Below are positions 11,826 to 20,562 of a DNA stretch of 64,000 nt, piece after piece. A program made the position numbers and the translations under genes. The stretch lies in contig CAVQXP010000002.1 of NCBI GenBank assembly GCA_963717935.1, forward strand, positions 224,001-288,000, written 5' to 3'. Under the pieces are notes generated by a model. It did not search any database and was not told the origin of the DNA. It worked only from the letters and a program-made list of their open reading frames with translations. The first letter of the stretch is position 1. Every line of letters begins with the position of its first letter. Source of the stretch: Candidatus Eiseniibacteriota bacterium (lineage in GTDB: Bacteria > Eisenbacteria > RBG-16-71-46).

Positions 11826-12008
11826 CGGAGCCGATGGCCCTGCTCGCGCTTGTGCATGCGAGGACCAGGCCTCTCGATACCGTTCGAGCCCTGACCATCG
11901 GTCGAGGGCGCCGATCTCAGTGACGAGGACAGAGCCTCAGCCCGCGCGGCCCGGCGCCCCTCTCCCGAACCCCGTCCCCGGGAGCCTACCCCCGCCCGAG
12001 GAGCCCGT
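11826..12008 (-). ncRNA. Putative IS110 bridge RNA (5' hairpin, target-binding loop, donor-binding loop); ends approximate
   Basis: Stems at 11962-67/11979-84, 11906-13/11952-59 and 11831-39/11893-901. Each large loop holds a GAGG-N6-CCTC hairpin. Loop segments match the donor (11876-83, 11849-53) and the right target flank (11916-22). Confidence 0.78.
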
Positions 12009-12027
12009 GTGGAGGTGATACAAGCGA

Positions 12028-12096
12028 CGGGCCCTCTCGGGGCAGCAGGGCGAGCAGAGGCACCGTGCGCTCGCCCTGCTGCCCCGAGAGGGCCCG
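12028..12096. repeat. Perfect 28-bp inverted repeat with a 13-nt loop (REP-like element or original lon terminator)
   Basis: 12028-12055 is the exact reverse complement of 12069-12096. Confidence 0.85.
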
Positions 12097-12129
12097 CGGA
12101 CAGTGATGAGCGCCGGAGGCCGGTCCGTC

Positions 12130-12368
12130 ATGAAAGTCCTCGTCGCCGAGTCGCTCGACCCCGCCGGCCTCGCGCGCCTGCGCGACGCGGGGCACGAGGT
12201 CGTGGAACGCGCGGGCCTCGCGGGCCGCGCGCTCGCCGAGGCGCTGCGCGACATGCAGGCGCTGGTCGTGCGGGGCGACACGCGGGTGACCGAGGAGGCG
12301 CTGCGCGGCGCGCCGCGCTCGAAGCCGCGGCGATCGTGGTCGAGACGCTGGCGCGGCCGCGAGGCTGA
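12130..12368 (+). pseudogene. Internally deleted, frameshifted D-2-hydroxyacid (SerA-like) dehydrogenase remnant
   Basis: MKVLVAESLDPAG...ALVVRGDTRVTEEALRGAPR, then in another frame LEAAAIVVETLARPRG-stop; no NAD-binding domain. Confidence 0.7.
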
Positions 12369-12464
12369 ACGCGGTCCGGGCCGCCTGCGCGCCCACGCCG
12401 CGGTTTGTCGCCTTCACGACCGTCTGCTAGCGTGCCGCGCGGTCCGATCGCAAGGAGGCTCGGG

Positions 12465-13739
12465 ATGCCGTGCACCGTGGTCGTCGGCGCTCAGTGGGGC
12501 GACGAGGGCAAAGGCAAGATCGTCGACGCGTTGAGCGCCGCCGCCGACATCGTCGCTCGCTACCAGGGTGGCCCCAACGCCGGGCACAGCGTCGTCCGGG
12601 CGGGGCGGACCCTCGTGCTTCACCTGGTGCCCTCCGGCGTCATGCACGACGGCCGGCGCTGCCTCATCGGCAACGGCGTGGTCGTGGACCTCCAGAGCCT
12701 GCGCGAGGAGGTCGAGCGGCTCGAGGCCCTCGGCCTCGACGTGAGCCCCCGGCTCGGCGTGAGCACCGCCGCCCATCTCATCCTGCCGCAGCACCGCGCG
12801 GTCGAAGCCTTCGCCGAGGCCGGTGCCGGCGCGATCGGTACGACCGGGCGCGGCATCGGCTTCGCCTACCGCGACAAGGCCGCGCGCACCGGGCTGCGGG
12901 TCGGCGACCTGTTCGAGCCGGCCCGCTTCGTCGCCGCGGTGGACCGCAACCTGGAGCGCCTGCGCCTGGAGTTCCCCGCGGTCGGAGCGCTCGCCTCGAT
13001 GAGCGGCGCGGGGCTGCTGGCCGAGTGGCGCGAAGTCGCCGCCTGGCTCGAACCCCTGGTGTGCGACGTCTCCGCCGAGTTGCACGCCGCCCTCAAGGCC
13101 GGCAGGCATGTCCTGCTCGAGGGCGCGCAGGGCACGCTCCTCGACCTGGACCACGGCACCTATCCCTACGTGACCTCCTCGCCCGCGAGCGCGGCCGGCG
13201 CGCCGCTGGGCGTGGGGCTGGGACCCCGCGTCGTGGACCGCGTGATCGGCGTGACCAAGGCGTACACCACGCGCGTGGGGCACGGGCCGTTCCCCAGCGA
13301 GATGCCCGAGGCGGAGGCCGGGCGGTTGCGCGAGGCGGGGGAGGAGTATGGCGCGACCACCGGGCGGCCACGGCGCTGCGGCTGGCTCGACCTGCCGGCG
13401 CTGCGCTACGCGGCGCGCGTGAACGGGCTCGACGCGCTGGTGGTCACGAAGCTCGACGTGCTGGACGGCTTCGAGGAGATCCGCGTCGTCGTCGGCTACG
13501 AGCGCGACGGACGCCCGGTGGAGGGTTTCCCGGCCGGGGCGGGCGCGCTCGAGCGCTGCCGGCCGGTGTGGCGCGGTTTCCCGGGCTGGCGGGCACCCAC
13601 GACCGCGGCCCGGCGCTGGGCGGACCTGCCGGCCCGCGCCCACGAGTACCTGGAGTGGATCGAGCGCGAGAGCGGCGTGCCCATCGCCTCCGTCTCGGTC
13701 GGGCCGGAGCGCGAGGCCGAGGTCCAACGGGTGCGTTGA
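12465..13739 (+). CDS. purA: Adenylosuccinate synthetase
   Basis: Motifs GAQWGDEGKGK, GGPNAGH, IGTTGRGIG, EGAQGTLLD.DHGTYPYVTSS, TTGRPRRCGW and TKLD. Confidence 0.97.
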   Translation: MPCTVVVGAQWGDEGKGKIVDALSAAADIVARYQGGPNAGHSVVRAGRTLVLHLVPSGVMHDGRRCLIGNGVVVDLQSLREEVERLEALGLDVSPRLGVSTAAHLILPQHRAVEAFAEAGAGAIGTTGRGIGFAYRDKAARTGLRVGDLFEPARFVAAVDRNLERLRLEFPAVGALASMSGAGLLAEWREVAAWLEPLVCDVSAELHAALKAGRHVLLEGAQGTLLDLDHGTYPYVTSSPASAAGAPLGVGLGPRVVDRVIGVTKAYTTRVGHGPFPSEMPEAEAGRLREAGEEYGATTGRPRRCGWLDLPALRYAARVNGLDALVVTKLDVLDGFEEIRVVVGYERDGRPVEGFPAGAGALERCRPVWRGFPGWRAPTTAARRWADLPARAHEYLEWIERESGVPIASVSVGPEREAEVQRVR

Positions 13740-13796
13740 CCCATTCGTCTTCGGGGCAGGCAGGCCCGGACGGGCACCTGTCTCCGTAACATGACG

Positions 13797-13825
13797 TTGA
13801 CACTTCCGATCGTGGATCCTACCTT
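13797..13825 (+). promoter_or_regulatory. Sigma70-type promoter for the secreted-protein cluster
   Basis: TTGACA-17 bp-TACCTT. Confidence 0.6.
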
Positions 13826-14004
13826 CGTTTCGTTCGTCCCCCGGTTCCGCGCGACGTAGGTTCTCTCACGCAGCGTCTGCGGATTCGACATCCAGGTCGA
13901 GGGAACCAGCCGCGATTCGGGCCGCTTGAGCGGTGCCGCTGACGCGGCTGCCGATTTGGCTCCGGCCGGTGGGCGCGGCACATCGCGTCGCCAGCGAGAC
14001 GACG

Positions 14005-14859
14005 ATGAAGCGCACGAACGGCTCCGGCGTGCGGATCGCCAGTCGCAACGGTCTTGTCGCATGCGTCTGGTTGCTCGCGATCTCTCTCCTGTGGATGGCC
14101 ACGTCACCCGCGCGGGCCGACGGCGTGCATGTCGCGCTCGTGCCCGACACGGTGGCCGCGGCCGCGGGCGACACCGTCTACCTCGAGCTCGACGTGACCG
14201 AGGCAGGGGCGCCGTTCAACGCCTTCGACGCCGTCATCGGCTTCGAGCCCTCGGCGCTCACCTTCCTGCCGACCTCCCCGCTCACGCTGCAGGAAGGCTC
14301 GCTCATGACGGGTGCCTGTGCGACCAGCCCCTTCCAGTATTTCGTGGCAGCGGCCGACTCGCTGCTGATCTCGATCGCCATCCAGTGCGCGGGGGTGTCG
14401 CTGACCGGGCCGGGGCAGCTCTACAAGTTGCGCTTCCGCGCCCAGGACGTGCAGCAGGGGACCTGGGTCCACATCCGCCACATCCAGTTCTACGACGCCG
14501 GGATCTACGTGAACCCCGCGTACGCCACGGATGCCTACGTCGTCATCGGCGCGCCCACCGGCGTGGCGGCGCCCGCGGTGCCCGCGGGGCTGAGCCTCGG
14601 CGCCGCGCCGAACCCGTGCCGTTCGGGCACCGTGTTTTCCGTGGGCTCGGACAACGGGGGCGAGCAGTCGTTGTCCGTCTACGACATCACCGGGCGCATG
14701 GTGCGGAGCCTGGAGCGCGGCAGCTTCGCGCCGGGCGCCCGCCGCGTGGCCTGGGACGCCAGGGACAACGCGGGCGGCAGGGTGTCGCCCGGTGTCTATC
14801 AGGTCGTCTTTCGGGCGCCCGGGTGCCAGAGGTGCATCCGGGTCGCCGTCATCCCCTGA
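14005..14859 (+). CDS. Secreted protein: cohesin-like domain plus C-terminal FlgD-Ig (T9SS-like sorting) domain
   Basis: Signal peptide ending SPARA; GDTVYLELDV...FD..IGF.P..L...GPGQLYKLRF; tail APNP...VYDITGRMVRSL...WDARD. Confidence 0.75.
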   Translation: MKRTNGSGVRIASRNGLVACVWLLAISLLWMATSPARADGVHVALVPDTVAAAAGDTVYLELDVTEAGAPFNAFDAVIGFEPSALTFLPTSPLTLQEGSLMTGACATSPFQYFVAAADSLLISIAIQCAGVSLTGPGQLYKLRFRAQDVQQGTWVHIRHIQFYDAGIYVNPAYATDAYVVIGAPTGVAAPAVPAGLSLGAAPNPCRSGTVFSVGSDNGGEQSLSVYDITGRMVRSLERGSFAPGARRVAWDARDNAGGRVSPGVYQVVFRAPGCQRCIRVAVIP

Positions 14860-15248
14860 GGCCCGGGAAGGTCGGAGAGAGGGAAGGAACCCCGCAGGGA
14901 GCAGCGTGCTGGCACTGCACCAGGGAAGGCATCGCAGGCTCGTGCAACGGAGGTAGGATTTCGTGGTTCCCCCCCTCGGAGCATCCCGGGACACCGCGCC
15001 GGTGAGGCCGTGCGCGGTGGCGGAGCGCGCCCCGCCCTGACCGCGGCCCACGGCCGCCGAACGCGTTTCCGCACTCGCTTCCCTCCTCCAGCCCACGATC
15101 CGGCCTCCGCCGATGGCCGCCGGGCCGGACGGGACCCCCCGGTGCCGCGGAACGTGATCCAGATCCTCGACCCAGGTCCAAAGGGGCCGCCCCGCGGGTT
15201 CCAGGCAGGCATCTCGCGGGCGCCTCGGAGAGGAAAGGAGCACGTTTC

Positions 15249-17432
15249 ATGAGACGTCACCCTCTTCTGCTGGTCATCGCCGTCGTGATCCTGGCGCTGG
15301 GCGCCACTCCCGCGCTGGCCGCTCTCGCTCCGCTCGGCGGACCGCTGGCCAGCCACAGCTGGAGCCAGCGCTTCGAAGAATCGGGCGTCGGCGACTACGA
15401 CCACGTCCAGCTCCACATGATCTCGGGGCCGTCATTCGCCCTGCCCACGGCCCAGAGCGGCTTCAGCGTGAGTGGCTGGGCTCAGGGCTCCGACGACGGC
15501 AGCAACACCACCGCCGACGGTCCGGCCACGGCCTTGATGCAGTGGGACGTCACGTTCTCGGGGACGCAGGCCACGCCCTTCAGCTTCCTGTTCCAGGCCT
15601 GGGACGGAGCGGTGCTCAAGGAGAGCATCATCGCCACCTGGAACGGCTCGGCCTGGAGCTTCGCGGCCGCGCCGTCGGGCGCCTGGCCGGGCGGCGACTT
15701 GCCCTTCTTCGGCGCCGACGAGGTCGTGTCCGTCACGGGCGGGCTGTGCCTGTCGAGCGTGCACACCTGCGTGACGGTGCCGATGATGTTCAACCGCGTG
15801 GACGCGACTCCCGCGCGCGGCATCAGCGTGACCTTCCAGCTGAGCGGCGACCTGGCCCTGTGCGGCGCGGGCATCGTGCAGGGCAGCTGGCTCACAGGCT
15901 ACAGCACCGACTTTCGGGTGGTGGACAACGGGGCCGGCTCCTACACCGTGGACCAGGTCATTCTCGGCCTGCCGTGCGGCGCCATCGCCGGCGGGCAGTT
16001 GTTCACCCTGGACGTCGGCCGGGCGCCACTGGCCGTGGACGGCACCGGGACGATCACGGTGACGGCGGTGGACCTGCGTGACTGCGACAACGCGCCGCTG
16101 CCGGGCGTCGCGGGCGCCCCGGGCCTGATCCCGATCGACTTCACGGCGCCGATCGCCCTGACGGCGCTGGGGGCGTCGCAGGTGAAGACGGGCAACGACA
16201 CCGACGGCACGACCAAGATCACGGTCTCGTGGCCGGCGGTGGAGAGCGGGGCCACGGTGCACGTCTACCGGGCGGGCTTCGGCGGCTATCCCGAGTACGA
16301 CGACGCGGGCGGCGTGGTGCCGTCGTACCCGGGGGTCGGCACCTGGGTGCTGGCCGGGAACGTGACCAGCGGGACCACGCTGGTGGACGAGCCGGCGACG
16401 CGGGACTTCTGGTACTACGTGGCGCTGGTGGAGGACGCCTGCGGGAACGTGGGACCGGTCTCGAACCAGACCGGCGGGACGCTGAACTACCACCTCGGTG
16501 ACGTGGCCGACGGCGTGACGGACTGTGCCGGGAACAACGCGGTGTGGACCGAGGACATCAGCCTCCTGGGTGGCAACTACGGCGTGACGCTGGGGTACCC
16601 GGATGCGCTGGCCTGCCTGGACGTGGGGCCGACGACCAACTACTCGGTGAACGCGCGGCCGTTGACGGACAACAAGGTCAACTTCGAAGACCTGATGATG
16701 TTCGCGATCAACTACAACCTGGTGTCGGGACCGCAGGACGCGCCGCTGCCGGTGGCGGTGGCGACGTCGAACCGGCTGTGGCTGGAGGGCCCGGCGGAGG
16801 TGAGCGCGGGCGCGACGTTCACGGTGCAGGTGCAGGCGGCGTGCGCGGGGGATCTGCAGGGTCTGTCGCTGCAGCTGGCGTGGAACCACGCGGTGGCCGA
16901 GCCGGTTTCGGTGGAGGCCGGCGGGCTGGCGACGCTGCAGAACGGGGTGGTGTTCAGCAGCGGGGCGGGGAACGTGGACGCGGCCCTGCTGGGTGCGAAC
17001 CGCGGGCTGGCGGGCGAAGGGGTGCTGGCGACGGTGACGTTCCGGGCGCTGGCGAGTGGCGCGCCGAACGTGACGCTGGCGAAGGTGGACGCGCGGGACG
17101 CGACGAACCAGCCGGTCGAGCTGGCGGGGGTGAAGCCGGCGGGCCCGGTGACGACGGAGACGGCGCTGATGCCCGCCGCGCCGAATCCGTTCTCGCACAG
17201 CACGACCCTGGGCTTCCGCCTCGCGAAGCCGGGGCCGGTCATGCTGGCGATCTACTCCGTGGACGGGCGGTGCCTGAGGACGCTCGTGGACGAGATGCGC
17301 GCCGCCGGTCCCTGCCGCGTCGCCTGGGACGGGACGGACGAACACGGGAACCCGCTGCGACCCGGGATGTTCTTCGCTCGGCTGGTCACCGGGCAGGAGC
17401 GCCTGAGCCGCACCGTGCTGCTCGTGAGATGA
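15249..17432 (+). CDS. Secreted modular protein: N-terminal unknown domain, cohesin-like, Fn3/Ig-like, dockerin-like, cohesin-like, FlgD-Ig
   Basis: Signal peptide ending PALA; GDV...GNNAV..EDISLL and DV...DNKVNFEDLMMF repeats; tail PNPF...IYSVDGR...WDGTD. Confidence 0.75.
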   Translation: MRRHPLLLVIAVVILALGATPALAALAPLGGPLASHSWSQRFEESGVGDYDHVQLHMISGPSFALPTAQSGFSVSGWAQGSDDGSNTTADGPATALMQWDVTFSGTQATPFSFLFQAWDGAVLKESIIATWNGSAWSFAAAPSGAWPGGDLPFFGADEVVSVTGGLCLSSVHTCVTVPMMFNRVDATPARGISVTFQLSGDLALCGAGIVQGSWLTGYSTDFRVVDNGAGSYTVDQVILGLPCGAIAGGQLFTLDVGRAPLAVDGTGTITVTAVDLRDCDNAPLPGVAGAPGLIPIDFTAPIALTALGASQVKTGNDTDGTTKITVSWPAVESGATVHVYRAGFGGYPEYDDAGGVVPSYPGVGTWVLAGNVTSGTTLVDEPATRDFWYYVALVEDACGNVGPVSNQTGGTLNYHLGDVADGVTDCAGNNAVWTEDISLLGGNYGVTLGYPDALACLDVGPTTNYSVNARPLTDNKVNFEDLMMFAINYNLVSGPQDAPLPVAVATSNRLWLEGPAEVSAGATFTVQVQAACAGDLQGLSLQLAWNHAVAEPVSVEAGGLATLQNGVVFSSGAGNVDAALLGANRGLAGEGVLATVTFRALASGAPNVTLAKVDARDATNQPVELAGVKPAGPVTTETALMPAAPNPFSHSTTLGFRLAKPGPVMLAIYSVDGRCLRTLVDEMRAAGPCRVAWDGTDEHGNPLRPGMFFARLVTGQERLSRTVLLVR
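16164..17155 (+). repeat. About 992-bp near-identical direct repeat, copy 1 (copy 2 at 22618-23609)
   Basis: Collinear at a constant offset of 6454 bp; translations almost identical. Confidence 0.92.
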
Positions 17433-17445
17433 GATTGGAGATCGT

Positions 17446-17478
17446 GGCCGGGGGGCCCGCAACGGCGGGTCCCCGGCC
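17446..17478 (+). terminator. GC-rich hairpin after the stop codon (no U tract)
   Basis: GGCCGGGG.GCCCGC-AACG-GCGGGT.CCCCGGCC. Confidence 0.45.
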
Positions 17479-17532
17479 GAGGGAAGCGACAGGCTTCGGA
17501 GTCCGTTCCAGACCGCAACCGGAGGTTGGCCC

Positions 17533-19779
17533 ATGAAAACCCCTTGGCATGGCATGAAGAACCGCTGGAGCCGCGGGCTCCCGGCGTCCGTCGTGATCCT
17601 CGGCGTGGCGGCCCTCGTGATCCTGGGCGCGGGCAGTGCGCTCGCGTCCATCCAGCCGGTCGGGGATCCGTACGTCTCGGAGAGCTGGACACAGCGCTTC
17701 CAGGAGGACGGTGTCGGCCCGTTCGATCACGTCCAGATCCTGATGGCGACCGGTGGCCCGTTCGAGCAGCCTGCGACGCAGAGCGGCTTCAACGTGGCTG
17801 GCTGGGCGCAGGGCTGCACGAACACGATCGAGAGCAGCGCCGCGGGCCCCGCGACGAGCCTGATGCAGTGGGACATCAGCTTCCAGGGCACGTCGGGGAC
17901 GCCGCTGAACTTCTTCTTCCAGTGCTTCAACGGTGCCACGCTGCTGCAGACCGCGTACGCGCATTGGAGCGGCAGCGGCTGGCTGATCGACAACTTCGTG
18001 CCGGGCACGGCCTCGTGGCCGGGCGGGGAGGTCTGCGGCTTCGTCAACTCCGTCTCGGCGCTCGATCCGCAGACCTGCCTGACCTCGCCCACGCAGTGCC
18101 TGACCGTCCCGGTGGTCGTCATCCGCAACGACGCCACCGCGATCCGGGGCTACAGCGTGACCTTCACGCTCTCGCCCGAGCTGGCGCTGTGCGGTCTCCC
18201 GGGGCTCGCCATCACCCGGGGCGCCTACCTCAGCTCGTACTCGGAGACGGACTACCGCGTGGTCTCCAACCCGGACGGCTCGTACACCGCGGACTGCGTG
18301 ATCCTCGGCGATCCCTGCGGCCAGACGGCTCCGGCCGGGAACCTCTTCAACGTCATCGTGAAGGGCGCCCTCGAGGGCATCGGCAAGCTCACGGTCACCA
18401 ACGTGCTCCTGCGTGACTGCATGAACGAGCCGATCGCTTGCACCTGGGGGCCGCCGATCCCGATCACCGTGGACTTCACCGCCCCGGGCGCCATCGGCGA
18501 CCTGGCGGCGGCGCGTCTGCTGGCGACGGGCCAGGGGACCGGATCGACGCACCGGATCCGCCTCACCTGGAGCGGCGCCGCGGGCACGGTGAGCCTCTAC
18601 CGCGCGCCCTTCGGCAACTACCCCGAATACGACGACGACACGCCCGGCATGCTGCCGCCCGACGCGTCGCTCGCGCCCGGGAGCCCCTGGCAACTGGTGG
18701 CCGGCAACGTCACCTCGCCGTACGACGACCTGCCGCCGGCGCGGGACTACTGGTACTACGTCGCCTTCGTGACCGACGCCTGCGGGAACCGCTCGGCGAT
18801 GTCGAACCGCACCGGCGGCACGCTGGACTACCTGCTGGGCGACGTCAGCGACGGCGTCACGCCCGGGCTGGGCAACAACCGGGTGTTCACCGAGGACATC
18901 TCGCTGCTCGGCACCTACTACGGGCTGCTCGGCGATCCGCAGGTGGACGCGGTCGCGTACCTCGACGTCGGCCCGACCACGAACCACTACATCGACGGCC
19001 GGCCGAAGCCCGACGACATCATCGGCTTCGAGGACCTGATCATCTTTGCCATCAATTACGGCTCCACCCTGCAGGTGCCCATGATGGCCGCCACGCCCGT
19101 CCCGGCCGACCGCGACGAGTTGACGCTCGACGCGCCAGGCGCGGTGCACGCGGGCGAGGTGTTCACGGTACGGCTGCTGATGAAGGGCGCCGGCGACATC
19201 CAGGCGCTCTCGGCGCAGTTGGGCTGGGATGGGGCGATCGCCGAGCCGCTGGGCGTCGAGGCCGGGGACTGGCTCGCGGGCCAGAACGGCGTGGCGCTCT
19301 CCAGCGGTCCGGGCAACGTGGACGCGGCGCTGCTCGGCCTGCGCGGCCTGGCGCTGAGCGGTCAGGGCACGCTCGCGGTCGTGACGTTCCGCGCGCGCAC
19401 CGACGGGGACCCGAAGATCGGGCTCGCGCGGCTCGTGGCGCGTGACGCGCAGAACCAACTGCTGGCGCTGGCCGCGCCGGTGGCGAACGCCGGGGCGGGC
19501 TTCACGACCGGGCTGATGCCGGCCGCGCCCAATCCGTTCCAGAACACCACGGCACTGGGCATCAGCCTGGCCAGGGCCGGACCGGTCGAGGTGTCCATCT
19601 ACTCGGTGGACGGCCGCCGGGTGAAGACGCTGTTCAAGGGGACGCGAGAAGCCGGCTCGTTCCGCATCGCGTGGGACGGTACCGACGAGAGTGGGAACCG
19701 GATGCAACCAGGCGTGTTCTTCGCGCGCCTGGTGACCGCGTCCGGCCAGTTCAAGCGGACGGTGTCCTACCTGCGGTAG
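17533..19779 (+). CDS. Secreted modular protein, diverged paralog of 15249-17432 (alternative start 17554)
   Basis: Shares SW.QRF.E.GVG..DHVQ, LMQWD, D.WYYVA.V.DACGN, TEDISLLG, LDVGPTTN, GNVDAALLG and a FlgD-Ig tail. Confidence 0.78.
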   Translation: MKTPWHGMKNRWSRGLPASVVILGVAALVILGAGSALASIQPVGDPYVSESWTQRFQEDGVGPFDHVQILMATGGPFEQPATQSGFNVAGWAQGCTNTIESSAAGPATSLMQWDISFQGTSGTPLNFFFQCFNGATLLQTAYAHWSGSGWLIDNFVPGTASWPGGEVCGFVNSVSALDPQTCLTSPTQCLTVPVVVIRNDATAIRGYSVTFTLSPELALCGLPGLAITRGAYLSSYSETDYRVVSNPDGSYTADCVILGDPCGQTAPAGNLFNVIVKGALEGIGKLTVTNVLLRDCMNEPIACTWGPPIPITVDFTAPGAIGDLAAARLLATGQGTGSTHRIRLTWSGAAGTVSLYRAPFGNYPEYDDDTPGMLPPDASLAPGSPWQLVAGNVTSPYDDLPPARDYWYYVAFVTDACGNRSAMSNRTGGTLDYLLGDVSDGVTPGLGNNRVFTEDISLLGTYYGLLGDPQVDAVAYLDVGPTTNHYIDGRPKPDDIIGFEDLIIFAINYGSTLQVPMMAATPVPADRDELTLDAPGAVHAGEVFTVRLLMKGAGDIQALSAQLGWDGAIAEPLGVEAGDWLAGQNGVALSSGPGNVDAALLGLRGLALSGQGTLAVVTFRARTDGDPKIGLARLVARDAQNQLLALAAPVANAGAGFTTGLMPAAPNPFQNTTALGISLARAGPVEVSIYSVDGRRVKTLFKGTREAGSFRIAWDGTDESGNRMQPGVFFARLVTASGQFKRTVSYLR

Positions 19780-19792
19780 GCGGCCGCGGTCG

Positions 19793-19820
19793 GCGGGGCC
19801 CGGAGCGCTCCGGGCCCCGC
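19793..19820. repeat. Perfect 28-bp palindrome between genes (terminator or mRNA-stabilising hairpin)
   Basis: GCGGGGCCCGGAGC|GCTCCGGGCCCCGC. Confidence 0.75.
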
Positions 19821-19858
19821 GCAGACCCCTGCAGCCGCTCCGACGAGAGGAGGCACAC

Positions 19859-20407
19859 ATGACGCGCTTGCCACGACCCGCTGTCCTTGCTGCCGTGTTC
19901 GCCCTGGCCGTCCTGGCAGCGACGGGGGGGGCCGCGGCCGGGGTCACCGTCTCCGTCGCTCCGCCGGAGACGACCGTCACGGTCGGCACCGATTTCGTGC
20001 TGCGCGTCGTGACGGCCGCCTTCCCGGACCTGAAGGCCTATCACCTCGTCCACTCGTTCGGCAGCGCGATCACCGCCAGCCTGGGCGTGGACCCCGGGGA
20101 CGTGCTCACGTCCACCGGACTCCCGTTCACGTCCTACGCGGTCGCGGACAACTCGCTGCCCACGGGGACCATCACTTACGACGCGGCCATGCTGACCGGC
20201 AGCACGCAGGGGCCCGGCATCCTGGGTTTCTACCGCTTCCACGCCGTCGCGGAGGGCGACACCCCCGTGCAGTGCGAGGCCGTGGACTTCCGCGATTCGC
20301 TCAACACCCAGACGCTGCCGACCTGTGTGAGCGGCCTGGTGCACGTCCTGGGCCCGGTCCCGGCGGGCCCATCGACGTGGGGGAGGATCAAGACGCTCTA
20401 CCGCTGA
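19859..20407 (+). CDS. Small secreted cohesin-like protein with a C-terminal TWGRIKTLYR motif
   Basis: Signal peptide; VTVGTDFVLRV...V.PGDVL...GPGILGFYRFHAVAEG...VDFRD; AGGAGG RBS. Confidence 0.75.
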   Translation: MTRLPRPAVLAAVFALAVLAATGGAAAGVTVSVAPPETTVTVGTDFVLRVVTAAFPDLKAYHLVHSFGSAITASLGVDPGDVLTSTGLPFTSYAVADNSLPTGTITYDAAMLTGSTQGPGILGFYRFHAVAEGDTPVQCEAVDFRDSLNTQTLPTCVSGLVHVLGPVPAGPSTWGRIKTLYR

Positions 20408-20562
20408 CGCCGAAGCACCAGTCGTTCCGAGTCGTCGTCCGTTTCGTCGCAGGGAGGAGGGCACCATCGCCCCATGAGATCGAGTGATTCCATCCAGACC
20501 ACGCCGAGGTCACCGCCCCGGCGGAAGTGATCGAGGTTTCAGAAGCAGCACTCCGCGATCGT

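Larger units (their letters stand above)
10575..12024 (-). mobile_element. Complete IS110-family insertion sequence (bridge-recombinase type), bounded by CT core dinucleotides
   Basis: On the minus strand the left junction reads CCCGTCG-CT-TGTAT (core 12024-12023) and the right junction ACGGTAT-CT-CAGTG (core 10576-10575). No terminal inverted repeats; long non-coding left end. Confidence 0.88.
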
